From: Erysipelotrichaceae bacterium MTC7 | GTDB lineage: Bacteria; Bacillota_I; Bacilli_A; Erysipelotrichales; Erysipelotrichaceae | Length of the DNA: 32,000 bases | Assembly: GCA_001695645.1 (NCBI GenBank) | Contig: LVZN01000013.1 | Coordinates: 1 to 32,000, forward strand | Direction: 5' to 3' | In this document: positions 8,188 to 17,647 of the stretch, piece after piece | How positions within the stretch are numbered: the stretch's first letter is position 1 | Layout of the letters: each line of letters starts with the position of its first letter | Notes under the pieces: generated by a model | The model's database searches: none | What the model saw: only the letters and a program-made list of their open reading frames with translations | What the model was told of the DNA's origin: nothing | Position numbers and translations under genes: made by a program

Positions 8188-8838
8188 ATGGCAAAAAACG
8201 GATTGAAAGATATGTTAAAACTGAGCTTTGGTGAAGAGGTTTTTAATGCAGTTTCGCACGGAGTAATGATACTTGTTATGCTTTGTTTGATTCCTTTTGG
8301 TGCTGTGTATTCATACACAGTTGGTGGAACTTTACGAGCTGTTGGTGTTAGCATCTTTACCATTTGTATATTTTTGATGTTCTTATCATCAACGCTATAT
8401 CATACAATGGCTTTTGACAGCCCTCACAAGGTCGTCTTTCGTATTCTTGATCATATCTGTATTTATTTGGCAATTGCTGGAAGTTATACCCCGGTTGCAT
8501 TATGTGTCATTCAAGGCTGGGAAGGTACTGTAATCTTGATCATCCAATGGCTTATGGTTTTCATTGGTATTTTGTATAAAACACTTTCCCCTAAAAGTTT
8601 ACCAAAATTATCCCTAACTATTTATCTTGTCATGGGTTGGAGTGTCATTCTTTTTTTACCAGTGTTATTACGTTCAGCAAACTTCACATTTTTGATGTGG
8701 ATCGTAGCTGGTGGCTTGCTATATTCGGTGGGTGCATACTTCTATTCGCGAAAATGGGCGTATGCTCATGCAATATGGCATATCTTTATTGCCCTAGCTT
8801 CTATATGTCATCTCATTGGAATCATCTTCTATATGTAA
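8188..8838 (+). CDS. Hemolysin III / PAQR-family integral membrane protein
   Basis: Motifs present: EExxNAxSHG, STLYH, LDHxxIYxxIAGSYTP and HAIWHxF, with seven predicted TM segments. The ATG at 8188 is preferred because it lies 9 nt after AGGAGG; the ORF-track ATG at 8179 abuts the SD. Confidence 0.9.
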   Translation: MAKNGLKDMLKLSFGEEVFNAVSHGVMILVMLCLIPFGAVYSYTVGGTLRAVGVSIFTICIFLMFLSSTLYHTMAFDSPHKVVFRILDHICIYLAIAGSYTPVALCVIQGWEGTVILIIQWLMVFIGILYKTLSPKSLPKLSLTIYLVMGWSVILFLPVLLRSANFTFLMWIVAGGLLYSVGAYFYSRKWAYAHAIWHIFIALASICHLIGIIFYM

Positions 8839-8840
8839 TA

Positions 8841-8871
8841 AAAGCCACAGGTCGTTATGACTTGTGGCTTT
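8841..8871. terminator. Bidirectional hairpin terminator between the convergent hlyIII-family and M18 aminopeptidase genes
   Basis: A 13-bp stem (one G-U pair), aaagccacaggtc / gacttgtggcttt, has a 5-nt loop and is flanked by A/T runs on both sides. Confidence 0.75.
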
Positions 8872-8878
8872 GCTTATC

Positions 8879-10255
8879 CTATAAATTTTTCAAGAAGACT
8901 TTGTATGCTTTGTAAGCTTCATACACATCAACTTTAGAAACGATTTCCCATGGTGCGTGCATGTTTAATACGGCAACTCCACAGTCAATAACTTCCATAT
9001 TGTAATTTCCAAGAATGTAGGCGATTGTTCCTCCCCCACCTTGGTCAACTTTTCCAAGTTCAGCGGTTTGGAAATTGATGTCATTTGCATCCATTGCTTC
9101 ACGCAACTCAGCAACATATTCAGCGCTTGCATCGTTACAGCCGCTTTTTCCACGTGCTCCTGTATACTTATTGAAAACTACACCTTTACCTAAGTATGCA
9201 GCATTCTTTGGTTCGTTAACTGAAGCGTATAGTGGATCAAAACCGGCACTTACATCACTTGATAACATTTTTGATTTGGTGAATGCACGACGTGTTCCAA
9301 GGTTTGTATCCAAGCCTTGAAGAGCACACATTTCAGCAACAATGTTTTCAAAGAATTTAGATTGTGCACCAGTTGCACCAATACTTCCAACTTCTTCTTT
9401 ATCAACAAGTGTACAGCATGCTGTATACTCATTTACTTCACTATCTAAAATCGCTTTCAAAGATGTATAGGCACAAACACGGTCATCGTGTCCATATCCC
9501 ATGACCATCGAACGGTCTAGTCCATAGTCTCTTGCTTTTCCAGCAGGAACGACTTCAAGTTCAGCAGATAGGAAATCCTCTTCTTCCATTCCGTATTTTT
9601 CATTCAGTAAAGCAAGAATGTTTTTCTTTACTGCATCTTTTTCTTCGCCTTTTACTGGAATACTTCCAACAGTTACATCAAGATTTTCACCTTCAATTAC
9701 GACACTTGCTTGTTTTTGAAGTTGCTCACCAGCTAAGTGAATGAGTAAATCACCAATTCCAACAACTGGATCTTGATCATCATCTCCAATGGTAACATCA
9801 ATACGTGTTCCATCTTTTTTAATTACAACACCATAAATGGCAAGCGGTAAAGTAACCCATTGGTACTTTTTTACACCCCCATAGTAGTGTGTGTCTAATA
9901 AGGCAAAATCATTTGCTTCATATAATGGATTTTGTTTTAAATCCAAGCGTGGTGAATCAATATGTGCACCTAAGATACGCATACCTTCATCAAGTGGTTT
10001 TTTCCCCATAACAAATAGATAAATGTTTTTATCCTTGTTTGTTGCAAAAACTTTATCACCTGTTTTTAATGGTGTTTTATTTTTGATAAGTTCTTCAAGG
10101 TCTTTGAACCCTGCTGCTTTTGCCATTGCTGTAGCATCTTCTACACAACGACGTTCTGTTTTGTTGTTTGAAATAAATGTTCTATAGGCATCATTGAAAT
10201 CAAAGATCTCTTTGAAATTCCCATCGTATTTCTCCCATGCATTTTTTCCGTACAT
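8879..10255 (-). CDS. M18-family aminopeptidase
   Basis: 458 aa. GAHIDSPRLDLK, GYGHDDRVC and the C-terminal NMHAP match the M18 (aminopeptidase I / aspartyl aminopeptidase-like) family pattern. The SD is AGGAG. Confidence 0.85.
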   Translation of the reverse strand: MYGKNAWEKYDGNFKEIFDFNDAYRTFISNNKTERRCVEDATAMAKAAGFKDLEELIKNKTPLKTGDKVFATNKDKNIYLFVMGKKPLDEGMRILGAHIDSPRLDLKQNPLYEANDFALLDTHYYGGVKKYQWVTLPLAIYGVVIKKDGTRIDVTIGDDDQDPVVGIGDLLIHLAGEQLQKQASVVIEGENLDVTVGSIPVKGEEKDAVKKNILALLNEKYGMEEEDFLSAELEVVPAGKARDYGLDRSMVMGYGHDDRVCAYTSLKAILDSEVNEYTACCTLVDKEEVGSIGATGAQSKFFENIVAEMCALQGLDTNLGTRRAFTKSKMLSSDVSAGFDPLYASVNEPKNAAYLGKGVVFNKYTGARGKSGCNDASAEYVAELREAMDANDINFQTAELGKVDQGGGGTIAYILGNYNMEVIDCGVAVLNMHAPWEIVSKVDVYEAYKAYKVFLKNL

Positions 10256-10264
10256 AAATATCTC

Positions 10265-12058
10265 CTATATCTTTCTTGTATATTCTTTAAGCCATGCTTG
10301 TTCTTCTGCAGTTAAATACTTGTGCAGTTTTGCATAAACTTGTTCATGGTATTCATTTAACCAGTTTTTTGTTGCTTCATCAAGTGTTTCAACAGCAATT
10401 GCATCCAAATCAATTGGAGCGAATGTAATTGTTTCAAATGCCATAAATTGACCATATTCATTCAATACATCTTTCTTTACGACAAGTTCATTCTCGATTC
10501 GAATACCGTGACTTCCTTCTTCGTAAACACCTGGCTCATCCGTAACAATCATACCTTCCATTAATGGTGTATCTTCTTTGCGATTCATCGCTTTACGCCA
10601 ACGAATGCCTTGCGGTCCTTCATGTACACCAAGCAAGAATCCAACTCCGTGACCAGTTCCTGAACGATAATCAATATTCTCATTCCACAAGTGCTGACGT
10701 GCAAGAATATCTAAGTTAATTCCTGTACATCCACTCAAGAATTTTTGACGAGCAAGTTGTGACATTCCTTTTAACGTCTGTGTAAAGTGGTGTTTCCAAA
10801 CTGGATTCACTTCACCTAAGGCAAAAGTTCTTGTAATGTCAGTTGTTCCATTCATATATTGCCCACCAGAATCTACCAATAAAAACCCTTCTGGTTTTAG
10901 TTTCGCACATGTTTCCTTTTGTGCATGGTAATGCATCATAGCCGCATTTGCATTATACGCAGAGATGGTATCAAAACTAACTTCAATAAATTGTTCTTGT
11001 TCTTCTCTAAACGTCAACAATTTTTCTGCTACAGACACTTCATCCATTTCTATTTTTCCGATGTTTTGTTTTAACCAATACATGAATTTTGTCATTGCCA
11101 CACCATCTTTGATATGAGCAATGCGAAGGTTTTCAATTTCTGTTTCATTTTTTAGCGATTTCATCATAATCGATGGGTTTGCTAATTCAACCGTTGTTGT
11201 TGCCTTTTTAATTTCTGTATAAAGCGCATAGTTCATGATTTCTGGATCCATCATGGTTGTTTGTTTTAGGTAAGTGACATCATGATAAATCGCATCGTAA
11301 GGATGCACTGTAATATTATTCTTGATGAAGTACGCTTTCACTTCTTCGCTTAGTTTACTTTCATCAACATAATATCGACACTCAGCCTGTTCAATGATCA
11401 AGTAACTAAGAATGACTGGCGTAGCTGGAATATCCCCACCACGGATATTTAAAATCCAAGCAATGTCATCTAATGAATTAATCACATGAACCATCGCTTC
11501 ATGTTTTTTCATCACTTCTCGGATTCGACCTAGTTTGCTTTCTGTACTTTCACCACTATAGCTTTCATTTAAAATAAAAGCATTTGATGTTGGTCGTGCT
11601 GGACGATCCGTCCAAATTTCACCAACAAGGTCATATGCACTAACAAGGCTACCACCTTTATTTTTGGCTATTCGTTCCATCATTAAACCTTCAAAAGCAG
11701 CAGCAGTCTTTCCATCAAACCCAATCACACCTTCTTTAGGAAGATTCATTTGTAAAAATTGTAGTGGTGTTTCTACACCATCACTACCCAAACGTTTAAA
11801 GGTAATTTCACTTCCTTTAATTTCATTTTCAGCTTGGACGTAATAGCGACCATCTGCCCATAAATAACTACTTTCTTTTCCGACAATCATTGTTCCCATT
11901 GAACCACTAAAACCACTCATGTAGTAGCGTTCTTGAAAGTGTGCTCCTACATATTCACTGTTATGGTAATCGTTGGTTGGAATGTAATAATAGTCGATGT
12001 TGTATTGTTTCATTTTTTCACGCAATGCGTGGATTCTTTCATTTATCATTAAATTCAC
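10265..12058 (-). CDS. M24B-family Xaa-Pro aminopeptidase (three-domain aminopeptidase P type)
   Basis: 597 aa. It has an N-terminal creatinase/prolidase-like region and a C-terminal pita-bread domain with DSGGQY, DITRT, GHGVGFLLGVHE, EPG and ENE metal-ligand contexts. Confidence 0.85.
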   Translation of the reverse strand: MNLMINERIHALREKMKQYNIDYYYIPTNDYHNSEYVGAHFQERYYMSGFSGSMGTMIVGKESSYLWADGRYYVQAENEIKGSEITFKRLGSDGVETPLQFLQMNLPKEGVIGFDGKTAAAFEGLMMERIAKNKGGSLVSAYDLVGEIWTDRPARPTSNAFILNESYSGESTESKLGRIREVMKKHEAMVHVINSLDDIAWILNIRGGDIPATPVILSYLIIEQAECRYYVDESKLSEEVKAYFIKNNITVHPYDAIYHDVTYLKQTTMMDPEIMNYALYTEIKKATTTVELANPSIMMKSLKNETEIENLRIAHIKDGVAMTKFMYWLKQNIGKIEMDEVSVAEKLLTFREEQEQFIEVSFDTISAYNANAAMMHYHAQKETCAKLKPEGFLLVDSGGQYMNGTTDITRTFALGEVNPVWKHHFTQTLKGMSQLARQKFLSGCTGINLDILARQHLWNENIDYRSGTGHGVGFLLGVHEGPQGIRWRKAMNRKEDTPLMEGMIVTDEPGVYEEGSHGIRIENELVVKKDVLNEYGQFMAFETITFAPIDLDAIAVETLDEATKNWLNEYHEQVYAKLHKYLTAEEQAWLKEYTRKI

Positions 12059-12150
12059 CGCCTCTAACTATCTTATTGTACATCTATTTGCATAAGTTTT
12101 GTACCCTTATGACTCATTTCCATGAAAAAAGGAATGTGTAACCACACCCC

Positions 12151-13212
12151 CTAGAACATTCGTAATATATCGTTGTAAGTTGCAAACAACATCAATCCGA
12201 TCAATACCGCAAACCCACCTAAAATTAAGGAGTTCATGACCTTTTCATTTAGTTTACGTCCAAATAGACGTTCGGCTAACACAATGATAACACGTCCTCC
12301 ATCCAGTGCAGGAATTGGTAAAGCATTCATAATTCCAATATTCACTGAGAATAAAGCTAATAAACGCAAGAATACTAAAATACCTGATTGTGCAGCTTGG
12401 GCACTGATTTTGAAGATTCCAACTGGACCACTCAATTGACTTAAGTTTTTCCCGTGAAGTAAGTTGGCAAGTCCATCAAAGACTGCTGTACTAGCTTCAC
12501 CAAGATCTTTTGTCCCATAGCCAATGGCATCAACTGCTGAAATTTTAACAACCTTTCCAGGTGCAAAAGCAACCCCTATACGTTTGGATTCACTTTCTTT
12601 ATCTAGCACTGGTGTTGCTTCTAGTTCAAGAATTTTCCCATCACGATCAATGGTAAAAGTTAAAGTTCCTTCAAATGTATTCACGACACTTACCATTTCG
12701 CTTGCCGTTTTTACATCGTAAACATTGTTTTCCGTATCCGCGATTTTTGTGACCTTATCGCCAACTTTAAAACCAGCTTCACTTGCAATACTGTCACTAA
12801 CAACTTCATTAATAATTGCCGGTTGTGCTTCCACACGTTGACCAACCGCCATGTTGATCCCCACAAAAACAACCCACGCTAGAATTACATTCATGATAAT
12901 TCCTGCAAGCATGACAATGACTTGTTGATATGTCTTTATTCCATTAATGGTACGTTCGAACGGTACATTTTCATCAGCTTTTGTATCGTCTGCTTCACCC
13001 GCCATGGAAACAAATCCACCAATTGGTAAAGCACGAATGGAATACTGTGTTTCTCCTACTTGTTTTTTGAACAGAACAGGTCCCATTCCAATTGAAAATT
13101 CACCACAGTATACACCGAATGCTTTTGCCGTAAGAAAGTGACCAAGTTCATGGATAAACACAATGACACTTAGTAAAATTACAAAACTTAAAATGGCAAT
13201 AATCGTATCCAT
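12151..13212 (-). CDS. rseP: RIP zinc metalloprotease RseP/RasP (site-2 protease)
   Basis: It has HELGH near the N-terminus, a PDZ-like middle region, and NALPIPALDGG near the C-terminus. It sits in the conserved position after dxr. Confidence 0.92.
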   Translation of the reverse strand: MDTIIAILSFVILLSVIVFIHELGHFLTAKAFGVYCGEFSIGMGPVLFKKQVGETQYSIRALPIGGFVSMAGEADDTKADENVPFERTINGIKTYQQVIVMLAGIIMNVILAWVVFVGINMAVGQRVEAQPAIINEVVSDSIASEAGFKVGDKVTKIADTENNVYDVKTASEMVSVVNTFEGTLTFTIDRDGKILELEATPVLDKESESKRIGVAFAPGKVVKISAVDAIGYGTKDLGEASTAVFDGLANLLHGKNLSQLSGPVGIFKISAQAAQSGILVFLRLLALFSVNIGIMNALPIPALDGGRVIIVLAERLFGRKLNEKVMNSLILGGFAVLIGLMLFATYNDILRMF

Positions 13213-14361
13213 TTATTTCCCTCCATATTCATATACAAAAGCACGTGTTTTTTCATCCGTTACTCGTAAATCTTCGTAACTTGGATTTGCAATAAATTCC
13301 ATCGTTTCGTATGCTTTTGCAATACACTCTTCAATTTGTAAGAATGTAATCTTTTCATTTAAAAATAATTCAACCGCAACTTCATCTGCCGCATTTAAAA
13401 TCGCACCGCTATTTCCACCACGTTTACCCGCTTCATAAGCAAGGGCTAAAAGTGGAAAGCGTTCAAAATCCATCGCATCAAAGTGTAACATTCCTACCTT
13501 GATTAAATCAAGAGGTTCACTTTGCATAAGTGGTAGTCGATCAGGATAACTCAATGCATATTGGATAGGAATGCGCATATCTGCGGTTCCTAGTTGCGCT
13601 ATAACAGAACGATCCACGTATTCAACAAGGGAATGTACAATACTTTCCTTGTTGATAATGGTATCAATATTCGCAAAGTCAATATCAAACAAGTAATGCG
13701 CTTCAATCACTTCAAATCCTTTATTCATCATCGTCGCGCTATCAATCGTGATGCGTTTTCCCATCGACCAATTGGGGTGACTTAAAGCATCTTTTACACT
13801 TACATCAACAAGTTGTTCTCGTGTTTTATCACGAAAACTTCCACCACTGGCACTAACGATAAGACGTTTCACTTCACTGGTTTTATTTCCTTGTAAGCAT
13901 TGAAAGATCGCAGAGTGTTCACTATCAATTGGCAACATCGTTCCCTTGAATTTTTTTAGTGCAGCTTTGACTAAGGGTCCTCCAGTCACCAAACTTTCTT
14001 TATTAGCTAAAGCTAAGACCATCCCTTTTTCGATGGTTAAAAGACTTGGTTTTAATCCAGCAAATCCAACAAGTGCATTAATTACCATATCTGCTTTTAC
14101 ATCCAACAATCCAAGCAATCCATCATCACCGTGACCAAAATGCAAATTTGGATACATCGCTTGTAAAGCAAGTGCATCACTTTCCTTACGTACACTGTAG
14201 TATTTACAGGTTGGATAGATGCGAATGATTTTTTTAAGTTCTTCTATATTGTAACCAGCTGCCATGGCAACGATTTCATACATATTCGGGTGTCCAAGTA
14301 CTACATCGATACTTTGTGTTCCAATCGAACCTGTTGCGCCAAGTAATATTATTTTTTTCAT
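13213..14361 (-). CDS. dxr: 1-deoxy-D-xylulose 5-phosphate reductoisomerase
   Basis: 382 aa. LGATGSIGTQS (NADPH binding), LANKESLV and PIDSEHSAIFQC are present. Confidence 0.95.
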   Translation of the reverse strand: MKKIILLGATGSIGTQSIDVVLGHPNMYEIVAMAAGYNIEELKKIIRIYPTCKYYSVRKESDALALQAMYPNLHFGHGDDGLLGLLDVKADMVINALVGFAGLKPSLLTIEKGMVLALANKESLVTGGPLVKAALKKFKGTMLPIDSEHSAIFQCLQGNKTSEVKRLIVSASGGSFRDKTREQLVDVSVKDALSHPNWSMGKRITIDSATMMNKGFEVIEAHYLFDIDFANIDTIINKESIVHSLVEYVDRSVIAQLGTADMRIPIQYALSYPDRLPLMQSEPLDLIKVGMLHFDAMDFERFPLLALAYEAGKRGGNSGAILNAADEVAVELFLNEKITFLQIEECIAKAYETMEFIANPSYEDLRVTDEKTRAFVYEYGGK

Positions 14362-15128
14362 ATAATAATAACCATCACTGCCGCAAACGCGACAAGGGTA
14401 AAAATAAGTGAATCAATACGATCTAAGAATCCTCCATGACCTGGGAAAATGTTAGAAAAATCTTTGATATGGTAGTCTCGTTTAATATTCGAGAAAGATA
14501 AATCACCGATTTGACTGACAATTGGTAACCATAAAGATCCAACGATAAGCAAGATAAGTGGCATATCTTTCACAACAAAGATGGCAAACAAGGCAGATAG
14601 TACCGCCCCAGTTGCCCAACCACCAACTGCACCTTCTACTGTTTTCTTAGGTGAGATTTCTGGTAAAAGTTTTGTTTTACCAAAAATACTGCCAACAAAG
14701 TAAGCACCTGTATCACAACCGTAAGTAGCAAGTAGAATGTACCAAATGTACAAGTGATTGTACGAGTAGATGTAAAAGAACACCTTACCTAAAATAAACG
14801 TAATAGTTGATATCGCAATCAGAAAGAATACATCTTCCGTCAACACACGCTTTCTAAATAGTGGTGTTGCAAGTTGAACAAAAATAAGCACTGCAAATGC
14901 AAAGAAGCTATATTTTTCCGGTATGATAACCAAACATCCATTCAGTAGAAACAATAAAGCCAACAATGCTGTACTTAGTGATTTGCGATTTGGTAATAAA
15001 GAGACAAGTTCAAAACTGGCAACCAAGACGATTAAACCAACTAGAACTTTCAATAAAATTCCTCCATATAATAAAGGTGGAATGACACAAGCAATGATTA
15101 CTAGTGCAGTTATGATTCGTTTTACCAT
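14358..15128 (-). CDS. cdsA: Phosphatidate cytidylyltransferase
   Basis: 256 aa polytopic membrane protein with the CDS signature SNIKRDYHIKDFSNIFPGHGGFLDRIDS. It overlaps the dxr start by 4 nt (ATGA). Confidence 0.93.
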   Translation of the reverse strand: MVKRIITALVIIACVIPPLLYGGILLKVLVGLIVLVASFELVSLLPNRKSLSTALLALLFLLNGCLVIIPEKYSFFAFAVLIFVQLATPLFRKRVLTEDVFFLIAISTITFILGKVFFYIYSYNHLYIWYILLATYGCDTGAYFVGSIFGKTKLLPEISPKKTVEGAVGGWATGAVLSALFAIFVVKDMPLILLIVGSLWLPIVSQIGDLSFSNIKRDYHIKDFSNIFPGHGGFLDRIDSLIFTLVAFAAVMVIII

Positions 15129-15130
15129 AA

Positions 15131-15820
15131 TTAGACACCTCCAAAACGGCGTTCGCGATGATTGAATTCCTCAATGATTTCACGAAAGCGTGTTTCATCT
15201 AGTTCTGGCCATGCATAGTCAACAAAAACAAATTCCGCATATGCAAGTTGCCACAACAAGAAGTTTGATAAACGTTTTTCCCCACTGGTGCGAACCAATA
15301 GATCAATTTCTGGCAAACCATTGGTCATCATATAAGAACCAAACGTTGCTTCATCAATTTCTAAAGACTGTTTTCCGGCTAACACATCTTTTGCATATTG
15401 CTGTGCAGCCAGTGTAATTTCACGTCTTGAACCGTAATTGATGGCAATCACTAACTTCAAACCTGTATTATCAATTGTTTGACGTTCCGCTTCTAAAATG
15501 ACTTTCACTGTATCACTAGGAAAGCGCTCAAGTTCACCAATATGCATGACTTTTATATTATTTTCTTTCAATTCTTTAATGTATTTATTAAAGAACATTT
15601 TTGGTAATTTGCATAAATATTCAACTTCTTTGGGTGGACGTTTCCAGTTTTCTGTACTAAAAGCATACAACGTTAAGGCTTCGATTCCCAAACGGTTTGC
15701 TTCTAAGGCGATGGTGCGAATGGTCTCTGCACCTGCTTTATGTCCTTTTGTTCGTTCAAATCCTTTTGCTTTTGCCCAGCGACCATTTCCGTCCATGATC
15801 ATTGCTACGTGTTTTACCAT
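15131..15820 (-). CDS. uppS: Undecaprenyl diphosphate synthase (isoprenyl transferase)
   Basis: MVKHVAMIMDGNGRWA... and RTSGEKRLSNFLLWQ are present. The ATG at 15820 is preferred because GGAGG lies 6 nt upstream; the ORF-track ATG at 15847 would start inside the frr terminator hairpin. Confidence 0.93.
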   Translation of the reverse strand: MVKHVAMIMDGNGRWAKAKGFERTKGHKAGAETIRTIALEANRLGIEALTLYAFSTENWKRPPKEVEYLCKLPKMFFNKYIKELKENNIKVMHIGELERFPSDTVKVILEAERQTIDNTGLKLVIAINYGSRREITLAAQQYAKDVLAGKQSLEIDEATFGSYMMTNGLPEIDLLVRTSGEKRLSNFLLWQLAYAEFVFVDYAWPELDETRFREIIEEFNHRERRFGGV

Positions 15821-15840
15821 AGTTAGCCTCCATAAAGTAA

Positions 15841-15858
15841 AACCCACTTACGTGGGTT
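15841..15858 (-). terminator. Short hairpin (attenuator or partial terminator) between frr and uppS
   Basis: A perfect 7-bp stem, aacccac / gtgggtt, with a 4-nt loop is followed on the minus strand by TTTTacTTTat. It sits between the frr stop (15861) and the uppS SD. Confidence 0.5.
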
Positions 15859-15860
15859 AA

Positions 15861-16406
15861 TTAAATTGACATGATTTCTTCGACTTTTGTTTTAACTGTT
15901 TCGTCAATTTTCTTCACGTATTCATCCGTAAGTTTTTGAATACGATCTTGTGCATCTTTTTTCATATCTTCTGTAAGTTCAGAAGCTTTTTTTGCAGCAT
16001 CGTTAGCATCACGACGAATGTTACGGATTACAATTTTGCTTTCTTCACCAACCTTCGCTGCATCTTTTCCTAAAGATTTACGTGTATCTTCTGTTAATGG
16101 TGGAATGTTAATACGTAAGACATCTCCATCATTTTGCACAGGATATCCTAAATCACATGCGTTGATTGCTTGAAGCATATCTTTAACTAGACTTTTGTCA
16201 TAAGGTTTAATTAACAATTGACGTCCTTCAACTACTTGAATACTCGCCATTTGGTTAACTGGTGTTGGTGAACCATAGTAATCTACTTCTACACGATCCA
16301 ACATCGCTGGATTTGCTCTACCAGTACGAATATCTACTAAATTGTTGTGAAGTGCATCCATTGCACGTTCCATTTTTTCTTTTGCGTTATCTAAAATTGT
16401 TTGCAT
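15861..16406 (-). CDS. frr: Ribosome recycling factor
   Basis: 181 aa with the full-length RRF pattern (LVDIRTGRANPAMLD, IRNIRRDAND). Confidence 0.96.
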   Translation of the reverse strand: MQTILDNAKEKMERAMDALHNNLVDIRTGRANPAMLDRVEVDYYGSPTPVNQMASIQVVEGRQLLIKPYDKSLVKDMLQAINACDLGYPVQNDGDVLRINIPPLTEDTRKSLGKDAAKVGEESKIVIRNIRRDANDAAKKASELTEDMKKDAQDRIQKLTDEYVKKIDETVKTKVEEIMSI

Positions 16407-16407
16407 C

Positions 16408-17121
16408 TTATTTTTCTCCTTTACTAATTACAGTTCCAATTGTATTTCCTTTAATTGCTTTTAAGATATTGCCACGTTCATTCATATTGAAGACAATCAA
16501 GTCAATATCGTTATCCATACACATACTTGTTGCAGTTGTATCCATGACTTGCAACCCTTGATTTAATAGATCCATGTACGTTAAACGTTCGTATTTTTGC
16601 GCATCAGGATTTTTCTTTGGATCGCTATCATATACCCCATCAACACCATTTTTGGCCATTAAGATCACATCTGCTTTAATTTCACTTGCGCGTAATGCTG
16701 CAGTGGTATCCGTTGAGAAGTATGGTGAACCAGTTCCTGCTCCAAAGATTACAATTCTGCCTTTTTCTAGGTGACGAATGGCTCTTCTTACAATGAATGG
16801 TTCCGCAATTTTTTGCATTTCAATTGCTGTTTGCACACGTGTTGGTACACCAATTTGTTCCAATGCATTTTGGACCGCTAGTGCATTTATAACAGTACCA
16901 AGCATTCCCATGTAATCCCCTTGAACACGATCAATTCCCAATTGTTCAACAAGTTTTCCACGGATGAAGTTTCCTCCGCCGACAACAATTGCTAAATCAA
17001 CACCTTGTTCGTGAACTTCCTTTAATTCTTCGGCAAGTTGTTCAAGGATTTTTGGGTCAAAAGCATTTCCGTTCCCAGATAAAGCTTCCCCGCTTAGTTT
17101 TAATAGAACTCGATTATACAT
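16408..17121 (-). CDS. pyrH: UMP kinase
   Basis: 237 aa. [19 protein letters not shown] and the [11 protein letters not shown] motifs are present. The SD is aaggaagg. Confidence 0.96.
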   Translation of the reverse strand: MYNRVLLKLSGEALSGNGNAFDPKILEQLAEELKEVHEQGVDLAIVVGGGNFIRGKLVEQLGIDRVQGDYMGMLGTVINALAVQNALEQIGVPTRVQTAIEMQKIAEPFIVRRAIRHLEKGRIVIFGAGTGSPYFSTDTTAALRASEIKADVILMAKNGVDGVYDSDPKKNPDAQKYERLTYMDLLNQGLQVMDTTATSMCMDNDIDLIVFNMNERGNILKAIKGNTIGTVISKGEK

Positions 17122-17165
17122 CTATAATACCTTCCTTTATATACAGTCTGTATAGACTCTAGTTT

Positions 17166-17174
17166 ATTATACAT
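17166..17174 (-). promoter_or_regulatory. Extended -10 promoter element for pyrH
   Basis: The minus strand reads TGtATAAT (TATAAT = 17171..17166, TG = 17174..17173), about 45 nt upstream of the pyrH ATG. The -35 is weak. Confidence 0.5.
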
Positions 17175-17246
17175 GATTTGTGAAACCACTTCCACCGTAA
17201 ATATAAAGAAGACAACAAAATCTATGTGAACTTTTAGCAATAGTTT

Positions 17247-17275
17247 TTGACATATGTCAATAATAGGCATATACT
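17247..17275 (+). promoter_or_regulatory. Near-consensus sigma-A promoter of the DUF134/Mrp operon; its -35 is embedded in a perfect 14-bp palindrome
   Basis: TTGACA (17247..17252), a 17-nt spacer, then TATACT (17270..17275). The palindrome TTGACATATGTCAA spans 17247..17260. SD taaggaga is at 17297..17304. Confidence 0.7.
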
Positions 17276-17311
17276 TTTTCTTGTACAAATTACAACTAAG
17301 GAGAACTATCG

Positions 17312-17647
17312 ATGCCAAGACCAAAAAAGACAAGAAATATCTGTGAACGTCCACGTTGTACAAGTTTTCGTCCTGACCTTCATCACGAGAAAGAAACACT
17401 CTTACCACTTGATGAATACGAAGTGATTCGTTTAATCGACTATGAAGGCTTAAACCAAGAACAATGCGCGGCGCAAATGGGAATTTCAAGAACTTTAGTA
17501 CAAGCGATGTATGCACGTGCACGTAAGCAAATTGCCATATGTTTGGTTGAGTCAACCGCCTTACGAATAAGTGATCATCGTGAAGTTTGCCCAAAAGTGC
17601 ATAAAAAACGTCCTTGTTGTAAAAAAGGAGGAACTCAACATGAGTAA
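17312..17647 (+). CDS. DUF134 (UPF0251) family predicted DNA-binding protein with a Cys-containing basic tail
   Basis: The MPRPKKTRNICERPRCTSFRP N-terminus and the sigma-70-region-4-like HTH LNQEQCAAQMGISRTLVQAMYARARKQI are typical of DUF134. The C-terminal tail is CPKVHKKRPCCKKGG (C-x8-CC). Confidence 0.85.
   Translation: MPRPKKTRNICERPRCTSFRPDLHHEKETLLPLDEYEVIRLIDYEGLNQEQCAAQMGISRTLVQAMYARARKQIAICLVESTALRISDHREVCPKVHKKRPCCKKGGTQHE

Noticed and set aside
8037-8363. 108-aa minus-strand ORF overlapping the start of the hemolysin-III family gene
   Set aside because: It is antisense to a strongly supported membrane-protein gene. It has no SD or promoter, and its 3' end simply runs through the intergenic palindrome.
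17100-17594. 164-aa minus-strand ORF spanning the pyrH/DUF134 intergenic region
   Set aside because: It is antisense to the well-supported DUF134 gene, runs through both promoters and overlaps the pyrH start. It has no SD and its product is low-complexity and hydrophobic with no recognisable motifs.
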